Positions 38,757 to 50,704 of a DNA stretch of 64,000 nucleotides are shown piece after piece. Both the position numbers and the translations under genes were made by a program. Numbering within the stretch: position 1 is the first letter of the stretch; each line of letters begins with the position of its first letter. The notes below the pieces were generated by a model. The model saw only the letters and a list, made by a program, of their open reading frames with translations. It ran no database searches and was not told the DNA's origin. The DNA is from Bigelowiella natans CCMP2755 (Eukaryota > Protista > Cercozoa). The stretch is from contig ADNK01001860.1 in assembly GCA_000320545.1 (NCBI GenBank), positions 1 to 64,000 on the forward strand, in the 5' to 3' direction.

Positions 38757-39563
38757 ATGTTGCAGCTGTGTTGGGAGAGACGTCTTGGATTTGGGTTCGG
38801 GAATGCTATAGCCTTAAAAGGCTCTCCGATGCAACGCCTTAGTCGTAGAATTTTTCATAACGACCAACGCACGTTCGAAATCAACAGAATAAATCGCCGA
38901 GAGCTTCGTGCCCTTGTCATAGGCGGTCTAAAAGATATGAGGAGGAGAAATATGTCTCCCTCCATTCACATTGTATTTCTATCTGGTGTTCCTGGAGCGG
39001 GTAAGTCAACGCAATTTCACAATTTGAGGATGCTAACGGAAGCGAGAAAATTGGCAAATACCAAGATGATAAACTGGTCTCGCGAGACAGCAAAATGTGT
39101 CGATTTGTCCGGCAAGATATTACACGAAAGAGTTTTATTCCAAAAATTTATCTCAATGATCCATGTAAAGGGCAGCGCTCCTCAAAGATCGACCTGCATC
39201 ATTGACGGTTTCATCAAATCTCACTCATGCATATTAATGATCCGAGAAATAGCGAAACAATTTCGTACTGCAGGCTATTCATCGGTTGTTTCCGTAGTTA
39301 CACTAGTCGTTGACAAGCATATTTCAATTAACCGGCAGCTTGCTAGAGGAAAGGCAGGTGGAAGCTGCAACGGCTACCTCCTCGCTACTGATCTCGATGA
39401 GGTAAAGTCGAGTGCCCGGTATGAACGTTTTGAAAACCTGGAGAACGTCTTGAGGAAGACTTTAGAAACGAATAACTTGGTGAAACACAAGCAAATTGAT
39501 GCTAGGATACCCGTGAAGGATATAACAAAAGCGATAGTTACATATCTCCATCAATATAATTGA
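38757..39563 (+). CDS. Divergent adenylate/NMP-kinase-like P-loop protein, intronless
   Basis: 268-aa ORF with Walker A LSGVPGAGKST, IIDGFIKS (cf. DGFPR), TLVVD..SINRQLARG and TDLD..ARYERF. The N-terminus is Arg-rich. Confidence 0.7.
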   Translation: MLQLCWERRLGFGFGNAIALKGSPMQRLSRRIFHNDQRTFEINRINRRELRALVIGGLKDMRRRNMSPSIHIVFLSGVPGAGKSTQFHNLRMLTEARKLANTKMINWSRETAKCVDLSGKILHERVLFQKFISMIHVKGSAPQRSTCIIDGFIKSHSCILMIREIAKQFRTAGYSSVVSVVTLVVDKHISINRQLARGKAGGSCNGYLLATDLDEVKSSARYERFENLENVLRKTLETNNLVKHKQIDARIPVKDITKAIVTYLHQYN

Positions 39564-40805
39564 GTTCGGTATCCTTAATGGACATTATTTCTTTACAGTA
39601 GTCAACCTCAACAATGCGCCAATCATTGCTGCCGCTCAGGTGTGTTTGAGCAGCTCACACCATCGTTTCAAGTCGACAGTTTTAGATGTGTAGTAGCAAC
39701 ATTACTAGCTTTGTCGCGCATGCTGCTTTGTTTCACCTAGCAGACATACTACTTCTGCTAATAGCTGAAAATGGCAGCCGCTAGTGATCTAGTGATGTAC
39801 ACACTTACGACAAAATCCATTGCTCATGTAAGATGAACATTAGCGCAGTGTGCAGGGTCTTAGTGGTATGGTCGTAGGACATGAAAATCAGCACAATACG
39901 TTGGAAGTACGTATCGCATCAGGCGACGCTATAAACTTATAACAGCGGTAATTGCATCTAGGCATGTGGAGCTTTCAAAATACTCTGCTACCTCGTAGTA
40001 CTTCTGGTCATCCAAATCTCCATTTAGTGTGTAACTCATATGTTCGTGTTTGGTAAACATCTATAATAAATATACAATTTATGGAGGTAAGGTGCAAAAC
40101 GGGTGGTTAGAAGCAAGACCTTACGGAGGATACTCACTCAAAGGACGATTCAACATCAGAAATAGATGAGAATCAAGTGTGGAAAGATTTTGAAAGGAAA
40201 ACGTGTAAAAGTTTAGTAACTATACTGATTCATATGATACCTCCCTCCAGACTGTGGAAGACTCAAAGAACTAGGAGATTGCCGTCGCTACGCAACGAAA
40301 GGCTGAAAACAACCTAGCATCAAGTGTTCCGAACTGAAAGAGGAAATTTTTCTTGCTCGGAAATTTACTCAGTGCTACATCGACTTCCTTTTCTCAATGT
40401 GACCGATGGCATTCATTAAAATGATTCAAGCGATCAGCACGAGTGATGTAATTGCAAAGATTCCGTCCCATTCTTGATGGACGGCGAGCACTTGCTGCTG
40501 CAAAATCAGACGACGCTTTGATGCTCCGACGCTAAACAAGATCGTATCGACGTTTTGGTCAAACTTGGTTGTCGCATGTGTGAAACAGTATGGGTTTGTT
40601 TAAAACAACCGACAGTAACGGGGATTGATCATCTTTCCAGCCAAAGAAGATAAACCACTACCAGACAGAGTCCTCCACGCGTCTCCTAGTGCGCTTGGGT
40701 TCAATGGCGTCATACTAGCTATTATTCCACAATCGTTATGGCACACCTTTAAACTATACAGCATACGTTCCGATTACGATATTCTGTGAGGCGGTTTTGG
40801 TTGGA

Positions 40806-41606
40806 ATGAGAACGGAACCGTGGATTGCATTGAAATTACCATGTACGAGGGGCGGATACCTAGAATATGCTCTGCTCCTATGGCTGATCTCAATTGGAGG
40901 CAGAGCTTGTTGTGTCGCAGAACAGTTGACGCTGGGTAGGACTCAGAGCTGGTATCCTACCAATAGCCTTAGGCGCTCATTCTTGTGCCGTCTTCGAGGT
41001 GGTGGTAGGAAAGGGAAGGAGAACAAGCATTCGAAAGCAGAGTTGGCTATGAAGATGAAGGCAGCAACACAAAACAAAGGTCAATGATATTCGAATTCTA
41101 ATGGTTCAATGTAAGGGTACACAAGTGATAACAATTGTATTTTTTTTTAACAAAATCCACTCTCCGCTTATGGTACACGCTGCTGATCGGCTAATTATAA
41201 AGGAGGAGGAAAGGTAAGCTGAAGTTCATAAAACTTTGATATATCTTGTCTGATGGAAAAATGCATCAATAAACAGGATGGGCTAAAGGACCGTCTAGGT
41301 GGTGAAGCTGGACACTCGAAATTCGAGTGTAAAGTATGTGGAGTGCGATCTCCAAGCATTGTCTCATTGAAAATTCATCATGAAGCGAAGGTATCAAGAA
41401 TCTGAATTGTGTAAAGATACTTAAAATAGGAGGTCTGATTTGCTGGTGTGTTCACAACCCAGCATCCCAAAATCCGCTTTGATCCGGAAGCATTTGCCGA
41501 GAACGTTCACGAAAAATTTGGAGGTACAACAAAGGGCGTAGCTGTCCAAGGAACACAGAGAAATGCCAAGAAGAAGAAAAAAGAAAAAAAAACCAAAGAT
41601 TCTTAG
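40806..41606 (+). CDS. MBS1: METHYLENE BLUE SENSITIVITY 1-like C2H2 zinc-finger protein with N-terminal targeting leader; exons 40806-41079, 41203-41213, 41277-41390, 41463-41606
   Basis: The spliced mature part, KHSKAELAMKMKAATQNKGGGKDGLKDRLGGEAGHSKFECKVCGVRSPSIVSLKIHHEAKHP, follows the plant/Chlamydomonas MBS pattern (KH...K..AA..N.GGGK.G..DR...GH.K..C..C.......IHHE.KHP). All junctions are GT-AG and in frame. Confidence 0.85.
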
Positions 41607-42035
41607 CTGTGTAAATAGTTCAGCAGCTTGCAGCAGTACATATATTACGATGTGATGAGGCTACCATATGACCAGATATTAGATTACAGCTTCGCAGGTT
41701 ACCCGACCTTGAAAAATGGTCAAGCACGTGATGATAAATAATTGCGGGCAAGATACAGAGGAAGGGCACATCGCATCGTATACGTCTGTCATCGTGGTAG
41801 TCGATTAAAACTCTCAAAACTGAGTAGATTGTGTAATTAATCGTAATGCAACACACCGTATGTGCATGCTACAACATATTTAAAAAAAAAAATGCATAAA
41901 TGACGAGCACACGATGACAATTTAAATGACCCGAATTGTGACTCTTATGAGCCATGATGTACATGCAACATGATGACTACCATCTGTGCGAATCGCATAA
42001 GCGTGCTAATATTGCGAAACAATGCTTTATACATT

Positions 42036-42152
42036 GGTCATTGTTCACTGTTCATCATTCCTGACCAAAGCCAGTTCGAGGCGCTGCGTTTTGTGCACTG
42101 CAAGTGTCTTGCAATGTTTTGGAAGCGCAGTTCATTGTTCATTGTTCATTGC
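42036..42152 (-). repeat. Inverted copy of the AACAATG repeat family
   Basis: The reverse complement reads aacaatgaactgcgcttccaaaacattgcaagacacttgcagtgcacaaaacgcagcgcctcgaactggc. Confidence 0.85.
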
Positions 42153-42422
42153 TTTGGGAAGTTCCTTCCATTGTTTGTGCTGTTTCAGGACAGTCATGCA
42201 TGTGGGGACGTGCGATGCATGCAAAACCCGCTTAGCTATATAGCCAGAATTCAAAACCTGCTTCCCTCCTTTTCAATTTGCCCTCTGCTCTACAATGCTA
42301 TGCCGAAATGATTCAAAGTGTGAAGCAGCTCATCTGTCATTGCTCTCATTGAACCAGACATCCCCACAATTTTGCGCCAGATGATAGACATGCAATGTGA
42401 TATATGTATACTGTATATATCT

Positions 42423-42459
<37 letters not shown>

Positions 42460-42729
42460 ACATTGCTGTGTCTATTATTCCACAGGGAATCCATGTAATC
42501 CAGGCTCGATTCTGGTGGCGCAAGCTCCTGTGAGCAAAGCTAGAAAGTGTGATGTGCTGAGTTGCATTGTGTCCATTGTGGCAAGCACGCAGGCACCGCT
42601 GCGCTGTTTGACATGCGTGTGCACGTGTGCACGATGTGTGTTGGATGTTCAAAGTCGCGGCCTGTATACCTGTCTAGCTGTGTTGCCATTTGTGCAACCA
42701 ATGTGGTCAAGGTTTTGGACAATGTATAA

Positions 42730-42800
42730 ATGAAACAATGAAACAATTACAATGAACTACATTTCCAAAATGCGTTACAAGACATTCGCAGTGTATGAAC
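42730..42800 (+). repeat. Partial, TpA-retaining copy of the AACAATG repeat family
   Basis: aaacaattacaatgaactacatttccaaaatgcgttacaagacattcgcagtgtatg aligns with the 12770 and 16880 copies. Confidence 0.75.
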
Positions 42801-43402
42801 AACCAACTGATCAACATCATCGACGTCGACAACAATGATGGAGCAGGATGATGATGATGCTGAACGAGATTGGTAGCTGTAGTAGCACTTTCACCTCATC
42901 ATTTCAAAGGAATGATGGCGCCTTCTTGTTTCTTCCCGAAAGCGATCATCAGTGCCGCATTCGAGCATTATGCTTGTGTGTGTCGTGCATGCTGCTGCAA
43001 TGACGTGCCACGCGTGTCTTGCAAAGTCAGATGCAAAACAACAAAATGATGCAATTTTGTAGAATGATGCATGGCTGTGGTGTACGTGCACCTAGCCGCA
43101 CGCATGGAACGCAAATTTGCACAGCCTGTGCACGTGTGTGAGACGGACATGGTGCATGAATGAATTGCATTTTGTCCATCGACGGCCGTCCCAATGTGGC
43201 TGCACACATGCACACTTGTTCACATCGACATGTGATGTTCACATTGTGTGTGGCAGCAATGAATTACAAATTTATTACTGCCACACACATGTTGTGATGG
43301 ACTAGCTTTGTTCGCTTACTGACGCTTCGTTTGCGACCCTGTTTTGTTACGGAAATTTACATGAATAGTGTCAGAATGCAACAACATGTTCTCATCTCCT
43401 AA

Positions 43403-45102
43403 TCAGAAGTATCGTTTCAATGCGATTTTCTCATCTTCCTGGAATTTTTCTCTGGTAAATCGAATCTTTGGGAATGTTTTCAGTGTGGCGAACATCGAGC
43501 CGCCCCTCCAGGATGCATCTTTCCTACGAAGAGCAGGTACAAGCTTGACATCCGCCAAAGTATGGAACGTCTCCGTATTATGAAATAGCTCCTTGTGAGC
43601 GGACACGTGATGTTTGCTGAATTCTTTGTAGAGATCGTAGAGTTCAGCCTGTACCCGTTGCGCAAATCCCGGAATTTCAGTTACTTCACCAGCAATCACC
43701 ACATTTTCGATCAATATCTTGGAAATGTAACCATCGCACATATTGATACTCTTGAAGAGTAGATCCTGGACGCCAAGTTCTTTGCATTGACGTCCTAAGA
43801 TGTGGGATGGTGCGAAAAGCGCCTCCGGGGAGACGAATCGTAGTTGATCATGGATTTGTATTATTTCTCCGTCATCACCCTTTGGTAGCTCATACAGCAT
43901 CGATTCGTCTAGTTTCAAATGCTTTTTCTCCTCTGCTAAGAGAGAGGGATAGTCTTTTGCTTGTTTCTGATTTGAAAGCATGCGCTTCCCCAATCTCTGC
44001 AGATGCTGCTTCTGTTTGCGAGCAATATCCGCTGGCTTTTCATCTTTGGCAACAACGCTGTCGATTTTTTCTTTGAGCTTGGAGGGGTCTAGGCAAGTCA
44101 AGAGCTGATGTAGTACAAATCGTTTCAAGGTTTTATGAGACAAAATCTCGCATTAAAGGTGAGTAATGGGATGTCCTCATATTTGTTTTGAAATTGAAAA
44201 TATGCTTTTTGTTTTCTTTCTACCTCTTCTTGCCGTTGTTTACTATCGGACTTGGTGGGAACATGATTTCGAAGGAGCGTTTCCTTACTGCCATGGCGGA
44301 TTAAGAAGCATGATTTCTCCCTTATATCCTCCATAATGGGAGCCCAGGACACATCTGTGGACTCTTTAACGTCGCTCTTCAGACCTGCTTTCATAACTTC
44401 GGTGACTGTCTTCCCTCCCAACTTTGTATTGATGATAGCATGCGTCAACGCAAATCCTCTGTAGACTGGAACTGCATAACAGATGTCACCTGACGTGAGT
44501 AAAACTATTCCTGTTGATATTCCTGAGTCGAAAAGGGCCATAGTCCCGCGATTCCCAAGGCTAAGACTGGGCATTCTGAACTCGGTGAACAATGTTCGAC
44601 ATAACTTTATGCGATATTCTTCGGAGCTCATAGGACTATCCATAACCAAGACTGGATAGTTGGGGTGTGTGCCAACCTTCAACTCGTTGACGAATATATG
44701 GCGGAATAAAACGATCATGGCTTCCCATTCCACAATACGTCCCTCTTTGATAGGGTAGGTAATCTGTAGTCCTTCGGTTGATTCTCCAGCTTTGTGCATA
44801 TTTTTGAGCCTATCCAATGCGTCTTGGCCCACCAATACAGTCCCATTGTTTTCTTCTCCAGCTACCTGCCCTGCACTTGTGGTTGGACGGCTTTTTACAT
44901 CAGCATGGTTATCCTTTGCTGCTGAAGAATTGAAGGGATTTCGGTTGGATTTGTCGGACACAAGTACAGCAGGAATACAGCAACGAGGAGTTTCCTCCCC
45001 AGACCATCCTGCTTTGATGAAGTCAGTGCTGTAATCCACTACGATTACGCCGACGTGTTCCTTGGATCCCGATACTTTCACCTTCTTGCCAGCCGATGTC
45101 AT
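43403..45102 (-). CDS. Divergent actin-related protein with large insertions; two ORFs joined by a probable short intron (or frameshift) near 44090-44225
   Basis: Actin-fold motifs IVVDYSTDFIKAGWSGEETPR, YPIKEGRIVEWE, LFTEFRMPSL, STGIVL..VPVYRGFAL..LGGKTVT, YELPKG, PEALFAP, NVVIAG..IPGF.QR and SWRGGSMFATL. Confidence 0.85.
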
Positions 45103-45668
45103 TGTCAGACTATTCACCTAAATTCGCCTTTCAGACGATAAACTGCCTTCGTGTGTACGGTAGGTTAGCGGCAAGGTAGGCCAAGAACACAGCTGCGTAT
45201 TCTTATGGCGATCGTGCAGGAAGGGGCAGGGGCAACTACTTGTAGTGACTCCAGGCGAAACGCCTGCCGATATTGAATTGTCAATCGCAATTCGCCGAGA
45301 AGGATTTTCTGGGTTCCGAAGCTCCAAAAGGCATCGGAACCCATGGCATCTACCAACACAGCACATCCCGTCCTGGGAAATAACACCGGGAAGAAAAAAT
45401 GTAGGCTGAAAAATACAGAAGACATCCCATATTTGTGTTTCATAATTGGATTTACGTTGTATTCCAAAGCTGATACAGAAAGATTCGATCTGAAAGCGTG
45501 TGAGGCCGAGGCTCTTCAACCCTTTTGCGTCTACGTGCTTACCGACGACAGGCAGACGACATCCGGAAAGAAGAAAGGCCTCCTCCCAGTCCCAGTGTGT
45601 TCACAACGTCTTTTCACTGCCTGCACGTTTCCCTACTGGAAAGATAACCTCGTCAAGACTACGCTGTC

Positions 45669-47469
45669 ATGCCTCGTAAAGGGGAGCAAGCGCCGTTGCT
45701 GTCCGCAACTCAGCGTGATTCTTCGCAAAATGGTATCACTGCCAACCTTATCTTCTCTTGCCTCGGAAACACGTTCGAGTGGTACGACTTCGCAGTGCTT
45801 GGATTTATAGCACCAGAACTCAGTAGGGTAATGCGAGGACAGCAACTTATTGTGATTAGGAGGAGGAGGAGGAGGAGGAGGAGGAGGAGGAAGGCTGTGG
45901 ATATGATGCTCAGTTGGTCTAATTGTTTCCTCCCAATAATCAGGAGATCTTTCCCAGTAACGATGCTTCTACAGGCCTTATCGAGGCGTTCAGCGTCTAT
46001 GCCGTGTACTTACACCATGATTACCCTGTCGTGACTACCATCTTAAATCACAAATCGTAACGACAATCAGGGCCTTCCTCTGCAGGCCGATCTCTGGAGT
46101 TTTGCTTGGTTTCCTTGGGGACAAGTGCGTGCGACATACATTTCTTTGAATTCTTCTCTGTTCATATTTTATGAGAATGGCGAGGAAGAGAGGGAGAGGG
46201 GGAGGGAGAAAATTCAGAAAGAAGAGAGATGGTGATCTGATGACGGAAGTGGCTGGTGATATAGTAGTGCCGATTGTGCTGTTGGTCCTTTACTTTCCCT
46301 CTCATCAGTTATAATAACGTATTTTTCCGTTAGGTGGGGGAGAAAGAACACAATTACCCTTGCACTTGGTACTTTGGAAGGCAGCATTTTTTTCCCTCCT
46401 ATATTTCTTACATGAATATTTTAACACTATCTTTGAACGATTGAGAAGAAATTTGAAGTCATGGTTTTCTTTTAAGCAATAATGGGGTTTGCAACTCTAT
46501 TGGCTGGAGCAACTCCGGGGTATACTACGCTAGGAGAGAAATCAGAATTGAACGAGAAAGGAAGAAGAATATGAAGGAGAAGAAACAGTTGCGCCTTGTA
46601 CACGCGTCACCATCAAAATTCACCAGTGCATGTCGGACTGTTTGCCAAATACTACATTATAAAATTCACGGGCAATAATAATGCTACATTTAACCACCAG
46701 GTTCCAAACTATCGGCATTTGGAGCCCCATTCTTCTCTGCATTGCACGGGTAGGTCTCTTTCCCCCCTTCCTTCCCCTCTCGCTTTCGGATGCTACCAAT
46801 ACCCGGAAGAAGAAGAAGAAGAAGAAGAAGAAGAAGAAGAAACATTTACTTAAAGGATATTGAAGGAAATGTCCTGTAAGTATGAATTCGCTGAAAAATC
46901 GATGGTCTGCTGCTATTATCACTATATAAAGATGTTGCAAGGACTGTCAGTCGGAGCACAATCTACGGGATCAATTCTCCTTGTCTTGGTACAATGATTT
47001 CTTCCGAGTTTGTCTCTTCGATGATAGCAACAATGATGATGATGACGATGAGGATAAATTTGGTGATTGAGAAAGAGGAGGAGGAGGAGGAGGAGGAGGA
47101 GGAGGAGGCGTTGAAAATTAAAGTGTCAGTGTTGATATGAAGTCATTTTTTTTTAGGAGAAATCAGCCTACGAACGACATGGACTCCTAACTTCAGTGCT
47201 TATCGCATCCCAGCTATGTAAGACAACAGACAACAGACAACCCACGTAGTAGTAACAACGACGATTTCGACAAGGGAATAGCATTGTACTATGCTCCCTG
47301 CCTTCCAACTTCTTCCACCGTTGTGACTCATTGACTGACAATAAAACGATATACTACGACTACTTCGGTACTACTCAGCTGGCTTTATCCTTGGAGGACT
47401 CATTCCTGCAGTTATGAGGTATTTATGGTTGCTATAACAATTAGGCAGATTTATCATCACCATCAACAA

Positions 47470-47504
<35 letters not shown>

Positions 47505-49410
47505 CTCACCATAATTATGGTGGTTGGGTAGACTGTGGCTCACCCCGGAAGCTATGCAATCCTATGGGTGGAGAATAGCGCTCTGGATCGGTGCGGCACC
47601 AATCATTGTTGTGCAAGTGTATATATCATCATCATCATCGTCGTCGTCGTCGTCGTCGATGCTGTTGTTTTGCTCTTGTTGTTTTCATCCCCATAACCGT
47701 TATTAGGCCTGATTCCTTGTGTCATCACGTTCATCACGCATAAGGTAGGACGATAACGATATACGGCTTGATGATGATTTACTCCTATTGACTAATTAGT
47801 AGTAGGAGAAGGAGATACTAGTGATAGTAGAAGTAGCAGTGTATATGTCATTGTTTCGTATTTGTCATGTGTGGCCTAATTTCTTGGGCGGGGGGGGGGC
47901 TTTGTTAGGACGTGTCAGATGAATACACAGAAAGTCAGAGATCTGAAGGGAGACAGCAATCCAATGGTGAGCCCCCCCCTTCCCCTTATTTTCTCTATGT
48001 GCGTGTTATCTCTGAATCGATTATTCAGCATATGTGTTAGCATCATCATTATCATCATCATCATCATCATCATTCCCGTCATCATCACCATCTACCCATT
48101 TTATCAACACGTGATGCTTTTCGTTCTGCAAGGGAACGATGGAGGAGAAATAGACGGAGGGCATGCGCCATTAAATCGCGAGCAGAAGGCTCCCAGTTTA
48201 AAGCTAGATCTTGTAATAGGAACAATACTTACAACAATTCTAGTTAATCCGTATCTGTGCCTCTCCCCCCTCCCCGAATCATACTCACCCTCTTATGATG
48301 AGGAATCGATGCATTCGGTCGATGTAGAGTGTTGATCTAAACCTCCCCTTATTAACAAATAGTGCGGAATCTTGCTAGCCATCGGAATTTACGTTGGAGG
48401 AGCTCTTAGTAAGAAATACTGCGATGATGTTGAAATTTGACCAGTTTTGCTGGAAAAAGCTCTTTAAGCTATGGTGGTGGTGGTAATGATGATGATGATG
48501 ATGATGGTGATGATGGTGATGATGGATCGTTGGATACGGTCCATGATTTCGCCTTGATGAGAGTGAAAATCTTAAGAAGTTGACTCTGCAACGTTGACCT
48601 ACTGGTTCTTATCTTCTCTATTATATAACCCCCCCCCCCCCCCCAGGTCGATCCCTACCTGATCGGAATGGCTGCAAGGTCGTCGTAGTCGATGTTGTCG
48701 ATTTATTGCCTGTGCTTGTTGCCGCAGCTTGTCTATCACGAATGAAGCAGCTTCTATCACCACCGCCACCACCACCACCACCACCACCACCACCACCACC
48801 ACCCACACATTGGAATTACATCCAAGTAGCATCCACCACCCAGAAAAAGCAGCTTGCGGCCATCGAATAGTTGCGTCGTTGTCACTGACTGACCTCATCG
48901 TTCCTGATTTATTATCATGTGGTTAGGGGTGTGAACGCTGTTCTCGCTGCGCCTCTCTGTCTGTGGCTCTTCTCCTCACCGTCACTTCTCCGATATGCTG
49001 TAGTGGTAATCGATAGTGCTGCCTCGCTTGTTGTAAAAGGGGAGATTGGCGGAGTGCAGTTGATGGATAATGAAGACTAGGATAATAAACATATTCATGC
49101 TGATGGTTATGATGATGATCTGTCGCTACTACTACGGGTGCCTTCTTGGTTCTCCTTTTCTCTGGAAATATGCCTTAGACGCTGCTGGTAGGGCATAATG
49201 TGGGATGAGGCGGAGCTGCGTTTTGATCGAATCATATTCTCTCTCGCCTGATCACATCCTTTTCGACTATCTTTAAAACCACATCAGATGGCTGTGATGC
49301 TGCCGTTCCTTGCATTTGATTTCGTGTCTACGACGAAAATACTCGTTCCGTATTTCCCTGCAGGTGGTGGGGGGAGGCATAATGAAGAGAGGGGGATAGA
49401 GAGAGAGGGG

Positions 49411-49451
<41 letters not shown>

Positions 49452-50198
49452 AAAAGAGATTGTTGAAATCTCCACAACAAAATCTAAAACATATACATTG
49501 ATGATGTATAGAGGGCCGCTATATCTCAATGGCGATTGCGAACAACGCGGGAGTGGTAATTTAAAAAATACAGTTCTCCCTCCACCCCCCTCCCTTTTGA
49601 AGAACCACCAACTCCGCATCCGCGACTTCCGTAACATCGTCCTCCCCCCATCGGTAGATCTCATTATTTTTTATCATCACCATGATCCTTTGCTTCGTTT
49701 TCGTTGTAGGGGCTCACCGGAGGAACAGCACCAATGATAGCTCAATACCTTATCATGTCGTTTGACCATGGATACGTGGTAAGAATACACGCAACAACCA
49801 ACACTCCGCGATGATGTATCAACACAGACGAAAACAAAGAAAGGCGCATTTTGTTACGGAAGACGCCTGTCTGTTCTAAGACGAAAGCTTCCGATGATTT
49901 TCACACCTTTTTTAAATGTGGCTGTGCGTAAGGGAGTTGTAGTATCAGGAGGAGGAGGAGGAGGAGGAGGAGGAGGGGGGGGGGGGAGGGTGGAGGGGGT
50001 GTAAGTCCAGATAGACCTAGAAGTAATGACTGCTATCACGATGAATGTGACAACGACGATGATGGCGACGATGATGATGCTAATGCTGTGTTATTATCAT
50101 AATGTACTTTGCAGTTGCTCGGGTGCTACGTCTCTGCAGCATTGTTCACTGCGACTCTTTCGGTACTAACAAGCACCAGCACAAGCAGCAATTCGTAG
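45669..50198 (+). CDS. MFS transporter, MHS/ProP (proline-betaine/metabolite:H+ symporter)-like; many short exons
   Basis: GNTFEWYDFAVLGFIAP, AFLCRPISGVLLGFLGDK|WGRK, TPGYTT..IGIWSPILLCIAR|MLQGLSVG, SYGWRIALWIG, GGTAPMIAQYL; last exon LLGCYVSAALF...NS* ends at 50198. Confidence 0.85.
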
Positions 50199-50665
50199 TG
50201 CAACGAAATAACTACTACTAATCGTGTCCAGCTAGAGGAGAGCAATTCCTGCACTGCTATCTGATCTCCGTTGTTCTCTAACCACTATATATTATATTAT
50301 ATGTAATGACTTATTCTCTTCTTCTTTGCCTACGGCGAGGGAGTGTAGTATTATTACTCGGTGTCCTCGTTCTCCTTCCTGTTGTCGGCTCTCCTGCATA
50401 TACACCTGCTCCTCATCTCCTTCCTCCTCCTCCTCCTCCTCCTCCTCCTCCTCCTCCCCTCCCCTCCCCCCGCCCTCATATGCATGTTTTTGGCATGTGA
50501 CAGGTGTTAAGTCTATGGTGCAGGCCAAGATGTCACTTCAAGGGAGGGCCGAATTGCGTTTCATTGAGTCAGGAGGAGGTCAGGAATAAGGTCATAAATA
50601 GGATAATATCACTGGTTACTATGTTTCCGGTTAGTGAATCTTTCTTCCTATAGTATATCTTGCTA

Positions 50666-50704
<39 letters not shown>

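Noticed and set aside
40081-40700. Possible small spliced gene (KQDLTEDTHSKDDSTSEIDENQVWKDFERK...)
   Set aside because: I could not build a consistent multi-exon frame or recognise any family.
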